From Azolla caroliniana (lineage: Eukaryota; Plantae; Polypodiophyta), in NCBI GenBank assembly GCA_043228905.1, contig JBHGNT010000001.1, positions 12,276,001-12,340,000 on the forward strand: DNA of 64,000 nucleotides, in the 5' to 3' direction. A model generated the notes under the pieces. That model saw only the letters and a list, made by a program, of their open reading frames with translations, was not told the origin of the DNA and ran no database searches. The translations under genes were made by a program, and so were the position numbers. This document shows positions 49,666-61,884 of this stretch, one piece after another. Position 1 is the stretch's first letter. Each line of letters opens with the position of its first letter.

Positions 49666-52105
49666 GTCATTTTCTCCTTTTTCTTCATCATGTCTTTTGT
49701 CATTGATATCATCAAAACGAATTTCATGTGCATGAACATCGAATAGTTCTTTTCCACCTTTTTCTTCAGCACCTCCATCTAAGTGAGATCCAATGTGTGC
49801 ATCATCTATGTACCATCTTCAATATGCAATTGTTCCCCAACTATCTTTGACCCCACACCTCGTACATAGTTGAGATCTAGTACTTTGTCGTTTTCTCTTT
49901 GTTTTCATCCCCATTTGGAGATTCCATGTTAACCTCCGTATCTTTGTTGTACTTGTAACCATCTTGATCATCTTTGATTTGGCCACTATCAATAACTTTT
50001 GTTGAGAATCAAGCTCAACCTAGTCTAGTGTGTGAACACACCCTTGAGAATGTGCACTCAAAGGTCAAAAGTCACCACTCTTATCTACACATTAACTATG
50101 TGTCATAGAATCACATTAATGACCCATGAGCTTTTGAGAGACATAACTAATGAGTTTTCACATTCCCCATGACCCATGAGCTTTGGTAGTTAATGAAGAG
50201 AGAGAGTGACTATATAAAGCACTCTCCTCCTACTTTGTAATGTTGTCGATTAATCTCCTTTGTAATATACATCTCGAGTATTCTATTGTCTCTCAAAAAT
50301 CTATCTTTTGTTTCTCTCCTCTAACTCTCTCTCTCTCACAGACACACGTAACGCACATCTCTCACCTATTCCGCTACACAAGAATCATACCCGATTCTTT
50401 ACATGGTATCAAAGCGGTTTGGAAGCTCCATCTAGCCCATCCGCGTGTGTTGAGCTCTACACCGACATTCAAGAAGAACCGGCTCATCGCTATCGTAGTG
50501 CGACTACATAGCTCATATTCAAGAGAGAAGAAGAAGGAAGAAATCTACATCGAACACCATGAATACTCAAATGGGGAGCGCTCTCCCTAGCGAGAAGTTG
50601 GACCGAAACAACTTCACATCTTGGGAGTACAAGATGCACCAATACCTTGTTGGCCAAGGCTATTGGGGTTACCTCAAGGGAGCACAAGAAAACCGACCCG
50701 ACCCGAAAGACGTCGACTACTCAACATGAGAGCAAGCGGCGAGTCGAGTAATGTATTTCTTGGTGGCATGTGTTCACAACTGCATGCTCGGTTACATTCG
50801 AGAAGCCGAGATGCCGAAGGAAGAGTGGGAAAATCTACGAAAGATTTTCGCCACCAACACGACCGCAAGGAAGCTTCAACTCCACCAAGAGTTGAACAAC
50901 ATCCAACAACGGGACATGTCCATGACAAGCTACACCTTGAGGATCAAGGAGCTTTGTGACTCGCTCGGCTCAATAAGCGTCAATGTGGATGATGATGAGA
51001 TGGTGCAAATATGCCTCGGCGGCCTTGCACCACGGTTCGGCTCTATGAGAACCGCCGTCCTAGCAAGGGAGAATCCTCCCTCTTTCTTTAATCTTCAATC
51101 TATGTTATTGGTCGAAGAGAATCATGTTCGAACAAGGAGCAATGTCTCGGAAGGCCACATGCTCTACACGCATTCGAATGGAGGAAGAGGACACGGCCGA
51201 GCAAGAGGCCGATTCGGCCAAGGACTTTGCGGACGAGGTCCGACTTACGACAACAACTCCCAAATTCGGCAACAAGACGGAAGCCGTCGAGGAACCTTCG
51301 GAAGAAGGGGGAGCTTCCATTCCGGTTCGAGTTGACAAAACTCGATCGAATGTGGTTATTACGGAAAAATCGGCCACCATGAAGAAGAGTGTCGAAAGAA
51401 GAAGCGCAAGTCGGCTTCCACAAGCCGACAACTCACCAATTACGCCACCAACTCCGACTATGAAGATCATGGCGGAATATTTGTAATGAGACATAGAGCA
51501 AATCCTATGTCGGCCTCTACTTCGACTAATGCCTCCAATCCGGAAGATGTATGGTTCGTCAACGTCGATGCTTCGAACCATATGACGTCCCATCAAGAAT
51601 GGTTCAAAGACCTTCGAGAGCTGGATCGACCCGATTATGTCGAGACCAGAGACGACACCACTCATCCGATTTGGCATGTCGGCAATGTCCCATTCGGAAA
51701 AGAAGGTGAACAAACTTGCATAAAAAATGTCTTACATGTACCCACCATAACGAATAATTTGGTCTCAGTCGGCCAAATTGTGGAGCAAGGGATGTAAGTT
51801 CGATTCAACCAAGGAGGTTGCTTCATCGAGAAGGAAGGCCGACTAATTGCTCATGGTCGAAGGGAAGGCCGAATTTTTATCCTCGAAGCGAATGAGGTAA
51901 AATCGGCCATGTTTGCAAAGGGCCTCAAACACAACACCGACATAGAGCTATGGCATAAAAGATTCGGCCATATCAATCTCAACAAACTCAAGGCGATGCA
52001 ATCGAAAGGAGTCATCATTGGGCTCCCAACCTTCAAAGAGAAAGAGATTGAAGGAGTATGTGAAGCATGCCAATTCGGCAAGCCACATCGACACCCGTTC
52101 CCAAA

Positions 52106-55100
52106 TGTTGGGATTACGGTCCCTCCGGATGGGATGTCCGGAGATGAATGACGGCAAGCCCGGTTGCGGTTACGGAACCGGATGAAGAGTACCCGGCATG
52201 AAGCCGGATGAAGAGTACCCGGATACGGATCCGGATGATGAAGACCCCGGCTACGGAGCCGGATGACGAATGTACCCGGAGAGAGAGATCCGGATGCAGG
52301 GCTATATTTGTAAATATCCCGAAAGTCATATATGTATAAATGTGACTTAGGGCAAACAGTTTTATGTGGTTGTTGCTCATTTTTCTGTTTTCCACTAAGA
52401 GGGAGCGAAGTGAGAGCAGCCGAGAGAGAGTGAGAGAGAAGGAGGAAGGAAGAGGCCGACGCCTCTGTGTAATACCGCCGCCTGTGGCGAGGACAGCGAG
52501 CTCAAGGTCGTCGCCTTGCAGCTCGCCATTGTACATTCCCGCGTATAGTGATAGTTGGAGTCTTGCACTCCCGTGGTTTTTCCCATTTAGGGTTTTCCAC
52601 GTAAAACATCCAGTGTGCCCTTCTCTCTATTGTTTTCGTGCATTGTTGTATTTCCCGTTTTCTGTGAATCGATCCTGTTCCTCGGTTCTGGCCGAGCACG
52701 GAAGTACGACAAGTGGTATCAGAGCGACGGTAACACAGAAAATGGAAGGCGGCAGCAGCGGGCAGCCGGGGATGATGGTGCTGAATGCGCAGAACTACGC
52801 CGACTGGAAGATAAAGATGGAGGATCTTCTGATTGTTCGGGACCTGTACGAACCGATTGACAGGTCGGAAATACCGAAGGGGGTACTTGAGTCGGAGTGG
52901 AAGCTCCTGAACCGGAAAGCCGTAGCGACGATCCGACAATATGTCGATGTAAGCGTTCTACAGCATGTGGCGAACGACACCAACGCATATGAGATGTGGC
53001 GGAAGCTGTCGGGCCTCTATGAGAGGAAGAATGCGTTGAACCGGACCTCCCTGATGAGGAAGATAGTGAACCTCAAGTACCGGGACGGCGAGAGTATGGT
53101 GGAACACGTAAGCACGTTCATGGGATTCGTGAACCAGCTTGCGGCGATCAAGTTCCCGTTGGAGGATGCAATGCAAGCCATCATCCTGATGTGTACATTG
53201 CCGGACAGCTGGGAGAACTTGGTGGTGACTCTCAGCACCTCCTGCGCCGAAGATAACTTGTCCCTACAAACGGTAAAGACAAGTATTTTGAACGAAGAAG
53301 CGCGTCGGAGAGATAAAGAACCGGTCTCCGACTCGAAGGCGCTGCTTACCGAATCGGAACGGGGAAGACAATGGAACCGGAGTCCGCAAAGACGGGAGAA
53401 GTCGGGGACCCGGTCGCAGTCAAGAGGAAGACCCACATGCTTCCACTGTGGGAAGCCGGGGCACTTCCGGAAGAATTGTCGGCATTACCGAAAAGACAAC
53501 GGAGCCGACGACACCGATTCGAAGAAATCACCGGAGAGAAACGGTGCATACCGGGGAGCCACGGACCGGAGAGGTCCGGATCGGCGAGGGCAGGACCGGA
53601 AAGGAACGACGGCACTCGCGGCAAGTGAAGAAGAGATAATGCTTATTACCGAAGAGAGGGAGCTGAACCTTGCCGGTGTAGAGATGACCTGGGTGGTCGA
53701 TTCCGGAGCGTCGTTCCACCTGACCCCGGAGAAGAAATACTTCTCATCCTACACAGCCGGTGAGCACGGCTGTGTCCGGATGGGAAATGAAGGTACGTGC
53801 CGGATAGCCGGCATAGGAGACGTGTGGCTGATGACATCAACCGGATGCAAGATGCTGTTGAAGGATGTGCGACACGTTCCGGAGGTCCGATTGAACCTGA
53901 TCTCGGCCGGGAGGCTAGATGATGAAGGCTACACGGGTAGCATCCGGAACGGCGTAATGAAGTTCAGCAAGGGGAGCCTGATAGTGGCTCGGGCCCGGAA
54001 GGTCAACACTCTGTACCTGATGAATGCCCGGTTATGTCCGGAAGAGCTGAATGTAGCAGCCGACACTGCCGGTGAGCTGTGGCACAAAAGACTGTGCCAC
54101 ATGAGTGAGAAGGGGATGAAGAGGCTTGCAGAAGACAACCTTATTCCAGTGAAGCATGTGCACCTGGAGAAGTGCACCGACTGCCTGGCCGGTAAGCAAA
54201 ACCGGACCTCCTTCCACTCAAGGCCACCGACGAGACGTAGCGCACCCTTGGAGCTGGTGCACACTGATGTGTGTCAGGTAGAAACGAAGTCGCATGGCGG
54301 AGCCCAGTACTTCGTAACATTCATTGATGATCACAGCCGGAAGCTGTGGACGGCACCGTTGAAGACAAAGGACCAAGTATTGTCCGTCTTCAAAGAACTC
54401 CACGCGAGAGTGGAAAGGGAATCCGGCAAGAAGCTGAAAGCGATACGAGCGGATAACGGAGGGGAATACCGGGGGCAGTTCCAGGAGTACTGTCGCTCGA
54501 AGGGAATCCGGCTCGAGTTTACTGTGCCGAAGACGCCGGAACTGAACGGGCTGGCCGAGAGGATGAACCGGACCATAATGGAGAGGGTCCGGAGTATGCT
54601 AGCGCATGCGAAACTACCCAAGGGATTTTGGGCTGAGGCAATGTCGACGGCGACGTATGTGATAAATAGATCACCCTCAGTACCTTTGGACGGAGACACG
54701 CCGCAGAAAGTGTGGACCGGTAAGGAAGTGTCCTACCGGCATCTGAAGGTGTTCGGGTGTCTCACATACGTGCATGTGGCAAAGGACCGGAGAGGAAAGT
54801 TAGATCCAAAGACCCGGCCATGCATATTCCTCGGTTACGGCGACGACGAGTTCGGCTACCGAGTATGGGACCCGGTCGACAAGAAGATATTCAGGAGTCG
54901 AGATATCATTTTCATGGAGGACAAGACGCTCGCCGACTGGGAGTCGGAGAAGAAGATGAAGAGCTCCAAGTCGACCGGTGAGGATAAACTCTACGAGGAG
55001 CAGTCCCGACCGGCAAGGGACCGGTTAACACTCGAAGACCCGGCCGAAGACGGTGAAGAAACAGAACCGGCCGAAGAAGATGAAAATGATACCGGAACCG

Positions 55101-57434
55101 GCCCTGATCCCGAAATGGATTCGGATGAAGAAGAAGAATCGGAAGAACCGGTTACCGAAGCTCCCGAACGGAGATATCCTCTAAGAGAGAGAAGGGCCCC
55201 CCGGAGATTTCCGGAACCAGAGCACGTGCTACTAACCGACGAGGGGGAGCCTGAGAGCTTTGAAGAAGCAAAGCACGACACCCAGAGCCGCAGGTGGTTA
55301 AGTGCCATGCAGGAGGAGATGGATTCCCTGCATGAGAACCACACATATGAACTTGTGGAGTTGCCGAAAGGAAAGCGGGCACTTCGAAACAAGTGGGTGT
55401 TCAAGCTGAAACCGGGAGATGCCGGAAACCCCCAGAGATACAAAGCCAGGATCGTGGTGAAGGGGTTCCAGCAGAAGAAGGGCGTCGACTTCGACGAGAT
55501 ATTTGCCCCGGTAGTGAAGATGACCTCTATCCGGACGGTGCTGAGCATAGCGGCAAGCATGGACCTCGAGGTAGAACAGATGGACGTGAAGACGGCATTC
55601 CTTCACGGTGACCTCGATGAAGAGATCTACATGCAGCAACCGGAAGGATTCGAGAAGAAAGGGAAGGAGCACCTGGTATGCCGGTTGAAGAAGAGCCTTT
55701 ACGGATTGAAGCAGGCTCCCCGGCAATGGTACCGGAAGTTCGACTCCTTCATGACCGACGAAGGGTACCTCAAAACGCAGTCCGACCACTGCGTGTTTGT
55801 GAAGAAGTTCGAAGGAGGAGACTTTCTAATACTCCTCCTGTACGTGGACGACATGTTGATCGTCGGACGGGACCAGGTCAAGATACGGATGCTGAAGAAG
55901 GCTCTTCACCAAACCTTCTCAATGAAGGACCTGGGTCCGGCAAGGAAAATACTAGGGATGCACATCATCCGGGACCGGAAGAAGAAGCAGTTGTGGCTGT
56001 CACAGGAGAAGTACGTGACGAAGGTGCTTCACCGGTTCAACATGTCGGAAGCAAGACCGGTCGGGTCAACCCTCCCAGCAAACTGCAAGTTGTCCAGCAA
56101 GCAGAGCCCCAAGACAAAGGCTGAGAAGGAGGATATGATGAAAGTGCCGTATGCCTCAGCCGTCGGGAGCTTGATGTACGCCATGGTGTGTACGAGACCG
56201 GACATAGGATATGCAGTCGGAGTGGTAAGCCGGTACATGAGCAATCCTGGCAAAGAGCATTGGAACGCGGTCAAGTGGACACTCCGATACCTGAAGGGCA
56301 CGGCAAACGTGTGCCTTCGATTCGGCTCCGGTAAGCCCCAACTCGACGGCTTCACCGATTCGGATATGTCGGCTGATGCAGATACCAGCCGGTCCACATC
56401 AGGGTATGTGATGACCTATGCAGGGGGAGCCGTTTCGTGGCAGTCGAGGCTGCAGAAGACGGTTGCGTTGTCAACCACGGAGGCGGAGTACATGGCAGCT
56501 GTTGAAGCCGGCAAGGAAATAATATGGATGAAGGACTTCATTAGAGAGCTCGGTATCCAACAGGAGGAGTACCGACTCTACTGCGACAGTCAGAGTGCCA
56601 TCCACCTTGCGAAGAACGCGGCCTACCATTCCCGGACGAAACACATCCAGCGGAGATACCACTGGATCCGGGAGAGGATAGAAGACGAGGAGTTCGTGCT
56701 GACGAAGATCCACACTGACGAGAACGGGTCGGATATGCTGACCAAGGTGCTCACACCCGACAAGCTGGAAGCATGCCGGAAGAGGATCGGATTGGAGAGA
56801 CATCCCATGCCGAAGTGAAGGGGGAGTTTGTTGGGATTACGGTCCCTCCGGATGGGATGTCCGGAGATGAATGACGGCAAGCCCGGTTGCGGTTACGGAA
56901 CCGGATGAAGAGTACCCGGCATGAAGCCGGATGAAGAGTACCCGGATACGGATCCGGATGATGAAGACCCCGGCTACGGAGCCGGATGACGAATGTACCC
57001 GGAGAGAGAGATCCGGATGCAGGGCTATATTTGTAAATATCCCGAAAGTCATATATGTATAAATGTGACTTAGGGCAAACAGTTTTATGTGGTTGTTGCT
57101 CATTTTTCTGTTTTCCACTAAGAGGGAGCGAAGTGAGAGCAGCCGAGAGAGAGTGAGAGAGAAGGAGGAAGGAAGAGGCCGACGCCTCTGTGTAATACCG
57201 CCGCCTGTGGCGAGGACAGCGAGCTCAAGGTCGTCGCCTTGCAGCTCGCCATTGTACATTCCCGCGTATAGTGATAGTTGGAGTCTTGCACTCCCGTGGT
57301 TTTTCCCATTTAGGGTTTTCCACGTAAAACATCCAGTGTGCCCTTCTCTCTATTGTTTTCGTGCATTGTTGTATTTCCCGTTTTCTGTGAATCGATCCTG
57401 TTCCTCGGTTGTGGCCGAGCACGGAAGTACGACA
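52106..57434 (+). mobile_element. Young intact Tork/Tnt1-like copia; LTRs 52106-52711 and 56829-57434
   Basis: Perfect TSD CCAAA; 606-bp LTRs with one difference seen; PBS 52714-52725; PPT. Confidence 0.97.
52742..56818 (+). CDS. Intact copia Gag-Pol polyprotein (1358 aa)
   Basis: Same motifs as 19276-23349, highly similar protein, no stops. Confidence 0.97.
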   Translation: MEGGSSGQPGMMVLNAQNYADWKIKMEDLLIVRDLYEPIDRSEIPKGVLESEWKLLNRKAVATIRQYVDVSVLQHVANDTNAYEMWRKLSGLYERKNALNRTSLMRKIVNLKYRDGESMVEHVSTFMGFVNQLAAIKFPLEDAMQAIILMCTLPDSWENLVVTLSTSCAEDNLSLQTVKTSILNEEARRRDKEPVSDSKALLTESERGRQWNRSPQRREKSGTRSQSRGRPTCFHCGKPGHFRKNCRHYRKDNGADDTDSKKSPERNGAYRGATDRRGPDRRGQDRKGTTALAASEEEIMLITEERELNLAGVEMTWVVDSGASFHLTPEKKYFSSYTAGEHGCVRMGNEGTCRIAGIGDVWLMTSTGCKMLLKDVRHVPEVRLNLISAGRLDDEGYTGSIRNGVMKFSKGSLIVARARKVNTLYLMNARLCPEELNVAADTAGELWHKRLCHMSEKGMKRLAEDNLIPVKHVHLEKCTDCLAGKQNRTSFHSRPPTRRSAPLELVHTDVCQVETKSHGGAQYFVTFIDDHSRKLWTAPLKTKDQVLSVFKELHARVERESGKKLKAIRADNGGEYRGQFQEYCRSKGIRLEFTVPKTPELNGLAERMNRTIMERVRSMLAHAKLPKGFWAEAMSTATYVINRSPSVPLDGDTPQKVWTGKEVSYRHLKVFGCLTYVHVAKDRRGKLDPKTRPCIFLGYGDDEFGYRVWDPVDKKIFRSRDIIFMEDKTLADWESEKKMKSSKSTGEDKLYEEQSRPARDRLTLEDPAEDGEETEPAEEDENDTGTGPDPEMDSDEEEESEEPVTEAPERRYPLRERRAPRRFPEPEHVLLTDEGEPESFEEAKHDTQSRRWLSAMQEEMDSLHENHTYELVELPKGKRALRNKWVFKLKPGDAGNPQRYKARIVVKGFQQKKGVDFDEIFAPVVKMTSIRTVLSIAASMDLEVEQMDVKTAFLHGDLDEEIYMQQPEGFEKKGKEHLVCRLKKSLYGLKQAPRQWYRKFDSFMTDEGYLKTQSDHCVFVKKFEGGDFLILLLYVDDMLIVGRDQVKIRMLKKALHQTFSMKDLGPARKILGMHIIRDRKKKQLWLSQEKYVTKVLHRFNMSEARPVGSTLPANCKLSSKQSPKTKAEKEDMMKVPYASAVGSLMYAMVCTRPDIGYAVGVVSRYMSNPGKEHWNAVKWTLRYLKGTANVCLRFGSGKPQLDGFTDSDMSADADTSRSTSGYVMTYAGGAVSWQSRLQKTVALSTTEAEYMAAVEAGKEIIWMKDFIRELGIQQEEYRLYCDSQSAIHLAKNAAYHSRTKHIQRRYHWIRERIEDEEFVLTKIHTDENGSDMLTKVLTPDKLEACRKRIGLERHPMPK

Positions 57435-60400
57435 CCAAAGGAGAGGAACGTGAGCAAAGGCCTATTGGACGTAGTCCAATCAGATGTGTGGGGACCGGCA
57501 CAGACGGTTACGTTCGGAGGATGTCGGTACTATGTTACCTTCATCGATGACTTCTCTAGATACACATGGATCTTTCCCATGAGGATGAAGAGTGAAGTGT
57601 TTACACACTTCCAAAAATTCAAAAGCAAAGTCGAAAAGACAACTGGACTTCATGTACGATGTCTTCGGTCAGACAGAGGAAAGGAATACTTCTCTGATGC
57701 ATTCACGGCATACCTTGGACAAGAAGGAATTCGGAGAGAATTCACTTGCCGACACACACCACAACAAAACGGTGTAGCCGAACGCAAGAATCGGCACATC
57801 CTCAAAGTAACAAGGGCCATGCTAAATGAGAAGCATATGCCCAAGTCATATTGGCAGAAGTTGCAAATATCGCCGTCTACCTCATGAACCGGTGCACAAC
57901 ATCCGAAGTGCACGAGGTCACCCCGCACGAGAAATACTATGGAAAGAAGTCGGATCTATCCCATCTAAGGATATTCAGCTCCATTGCATATGTGCACATT
58001 CCCGATGAGAAGCGGCAGAAGCTTGACCCAAAATCAGAGAAGTGCATCCTCGTGGGGCACTCGCAGGAGCAAAAGGGGTACAAGTGCTTCAACCCCTCTA
58101 CTCGGAAGACTCGTGTAAGTCGGGATGTCATCTTTGACGAATCAACATCATGGTGCAAACCCGAGTTGACTCCTCCTGAACCATCTACGAATGACCTCGA
58201 CAACACAGAAGATGATGATCAACTAAGGTCAATACTCGAAGAGAGTCCGATCTCAACTAGATTGAGCAGACCACAAGAGCCTCCGAGCAACCAAAGCTCA
58301 TCTCGGCCAAGCCCAAAGATGGACAAAGGGAAGGCCAAAATGCCGGAATATGAAGACGATCACTTCGATGGCAATGAATCGACTCATTCACTCGATAGTG
58401 AGTTCGATGGCTTTGATGTGCCTCTTATGAGGTCACCCGGAGTTGAGAAAGCACTCACATCGGCAAATGAGAAACTCCGTCACTCCACTCGAGAGAAGAA
58501 TCTGGTTTGCCAATTTGGCTACAACGACTATATGGCATACCACTATGCCTTTATGATGAAGGTGGCGGCAGTTCGAGAACCGGAGAGCTTTGCCGAAGCC
58601 GCTAAAGATCCTGGATGGGTCGAAGTGATGAACGAGGAGATGCAAGCTCTCAGCAAGAATGAGACATGGGATCTCGTCCCTCACTCACCACACAAGAAGG
58701 CAATCGGCTGCAGATGGATATACAAAGTGAAGTATAATGCCGACGGTTCAGTCAACCGCTACAAAGCTCGACTCGTAGCAAAGGGCTACACACAAACACA
58801 AGGTGTCGACTATGAAGAGACCTTTGCCCCAGTGGCAAAGATGACAACCGTGCGAACCGTGATAGAGCTTGCAGCAGCGAAAGGGTGGCACCTCCACCAG
58901 ATGGATGTCAAGAACGCTTTTCTTCAAGGTGAATTAGAAGAGGAGGTGTACATGGTACAACCACCCGGCTTCGAATCCAACATTCATCCGAAAGCCATCT
59001 GCTGACTCAAGAAGCCTCTCTACAGCTTAAGCAAGCACCACGTGCTTGGCACTCAAAGATAACACAATATCTTCATCGAATCGGCTTCCGAATGTCAAAA
59101 TCCGACAATTCTCTCTATGTAAGAAGCGATTCCGAAAGTCTGATCGTCATCATCCTGTACGTGGATGATCTGGTCATTGGAGGTGAGCATCTAGTCGACA
59201 TCAACAAGGTCAAATCCCTCCTTTCCAACAAATTCGAGATGATGGACATGAAAGAGCTCCACTACTTCCTTGGCATCGAAGTAATTCGGACTCCAGCCGG
59301 GATTATGATCTCCCAACGGAACTACATTCTCAACTTGTTATACAAGTTCAGGATGACAGAGTGCAAGTCTGTGGCAACACCTCTCAACCAAAACCTCAAA
59401 CTAGATGTCAATTTTGGCACCACAGAGTGTGAGCCGACTCAATATCGACAATTGATCGATAGTCTTATCTACCTCACGATCACTCGACCAGACCTAAACT
59501 ATCCTATCGGCCTTCTTAGCCAGTTCATGCAAATTTGTCTAGTTGTTACGTTCGTGCGTGGAGAACGAGGCGGGACCACCGGGGCCTCGGACCGAGAAAT
59601 AACCGAATGAAGGGAAGGGAAGGACTCTTACGATGTAATTCACACACGCACAGACCCACAGAATCACATGAATTGCAATTAGCTATAGAACGCCAGATGG
59701 AGACAGAACAAATGTTTATGTATATATATATAAATCAAGACGTTACAGCCGGCAAGCCGGCGAGTGATGGGCTCCGACGCCTACGCACACACACACACAC
59801 ACAGAACGCGAGATGGAGGCTCTACCGGGAGCACTCGGGCGTCTTGCGGAACGGAGTTAGCCTCCCGGAACCTACACAGAACGATTATAGAGAGGACAGA
59901 GGAGAGGAGAAGTGTTCGGTGTACTACACAACAAAACTTGTGCCCACGTGTAAGGGCCGGTTTACGCACGTTATACTCGGTTTCCGCCTAGGGACGGTTT
60001 TCTCCACGACATCCGCCCCCACCTAACTGCGCATCTACCGGTATGCGCCAAAATTAGACTCCTGCCGGAGAAGATCGGCCCACGCTTATCCTTCGTCTTC
60101 CGTATTGGCATCCATTCTGAGCCGGTCGTTGTCGCTATCCAGGTCGCCCGGCTCCGGTTCAGTCTCGTGCCGCTTTTTGAAGGCTTTGACCCTTTTCCCC
60201 GCCACCAGTACCGCCATCCTTGTCCCGTCAAGCTCTACGAGATGGTAGGTCCCATTGTCGTTGGCGCTCGTCACCACATAAGGCCCGAACCACCTTCTTG
60301 CAAACTTCCGCATTGCCCGGTACTGGTTGTCGAGGCTGTTGTCATACACTAGAACCCAGTCGCCTTCCTCGATCTTCTTCGGTCTTAGTCGATGAGTCTG

Positions 60401-61238
60401 GTCGAACTGTCCTTTATTCTTTACCCTCGCCACCCGTAGCTTCTCCGTGGCTTGGTCCACGTCCTCCGGTCTTCATTCCAGTTGCTGAATCCATGCCGCT
60501 AACAGCTCCTCCCGGCTCATCTCGTTGTTCCAGTCCACCGTGGCCCATGAGGAGATTGTCTGCTCCGTTAGCATTATCGGCTTCTGCCCGTACATTAGCT
60601 CTACCGGCATGAACCCGGTTACCGAACTGTGCGTAGTTCGGTCTGCCCACAACGCGTAGGGTAAGAGCCGCGGCCAGTTCCCGATTTGGCCTCCACACGC
60701 TCGTACTAACGCTTTGACGATCGGCCCGTGTCCACGCTCCACCTTCCCGTTAGCCTTCGGATTGTACGTCGTGGTGAGCGAGAGTTTAATTCCTAGCCGG
60801 CCAAACAACTCTTCCGCCTCTTGCGCGTCCAATTCCCCGCGGTCGGCCACGATCTTTCCTACGCACCCGTACCGGCACACCACTTCTTCGATAAGAAATC
60901 GGCACACGGCCGTGGTCTTTTTGATCTGCAATGCTCGGCCTTCCACCTGGTTCGTCAAGTCCTCCCGAGCCAGCACCAGATACCGCATCTGCCTTACCCC
61001 CATCGGCATCGTCACCAGATCCACCATCCACTTGAAGTGGATGGTCGGAGGGTAGGTCAGGTGAAGCTCGTCCCGATGTCGGACTATGGAGTGCACCTGA
61101 CCACTTTCGCAAGTCGCACGAACCAATGCACGTCTCGGTATAGCCCCGGCCACCAGTACTTCCCCTTTAGCTTCTTGAATGTGGCCCACGTCCCGCAGTG
61201 TCCGGCCCAAGGACTCTCGTGGTACGCTGTCAACAATT

Positions 61239-61884
61239 TGACGGGAACTAAACGCTCCTTATACACAACACTCGGCCACAACCGAGCTTAGAATCATACA
61301 CAGAAAACGGGAAAAGTGAAGATACAACACAAAGGAGAGAAAAGTACACAGGATGTTTACGTGGAAAACCCAAACTAGGGAAAAAAACCACGGCAGCCCA
61401 CAGGCTGCAAACTATCACTATGTTACAGTATACAACAGTAAAGCACCGAGGCAACAACCTCGAGCTTTCTATCTTCGCCACAGGCGGCGGTTACAATAGA
61501 GGCAACGACCTCTTCCTCTCTCTCTCACTCTCTGTACACAGTTACACGCTCTGATCTCGCGCAGACAAGAATAACAACAACACTCTAAAAGTTTGCCCTA
61601 AGTCATATTTATACTAATATGACTTTTCGGATATTTACAAATATATCCATGATGGACTCTCAGAAACATATTTACGAATATGTCTCTTCATCCGGTGAGC
61701 ATTCCTCACCGGGTCTGCACCATCCGGCTCTCCGTAGCCGGGTACTCCTCATCCGGTTCTCACCGGGTCTGCACCATCCGGCTCTTCGTAGCCGGGTACT
61801 CGTCATACGGTTTCGGCCTCGGTCGAGTATGTTCATCAGCACTGTTCTTCTCCCTTCCCATTCGGAGGGACCTGTCTCCCAACA
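61239..61884 (-). mobile_element. Solo LTR of the Tork-like family inserted in the gypsy integrase
   Basis: Perfect TSD CAATT; minus strand begins TGTTGGGA..GGTCCCTCCG like the Tork LTRs; contains GGGTTTTCCACGTAAA. Confidence 0.9.

Larger units (their letters stand above)
50000..59535 (+). mobile_element. Degenerate copia (second lineage), 5' LTR 50000-50403, split by the Tork insertion at 52106 and by the gypsy at 59536
   Basis: LTR similar to 46907; PBS 50404-50415; gag 50559-51335, integrase 57440-58140, RT 58600-59535 (YVDD); 3' end not in window. Confidence 0.9.

Noticed and set aside
49666-49999. Possible decayed coding sequence on minus between copia elements
   Set aside because: Too short and degenerate to assign.
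52364-52741. 126-aa N-terminal extension of the 1484-aa ORF
   Set aside because: It is LTR/PBS sequence open by chance; the sister element lacks this long extension and both share the ATG after the PBS.
57087-57887. 266-aa ORF
   Set aside because: Chimera of the 3' LTR read into the older copia integrase across the insertion junction.
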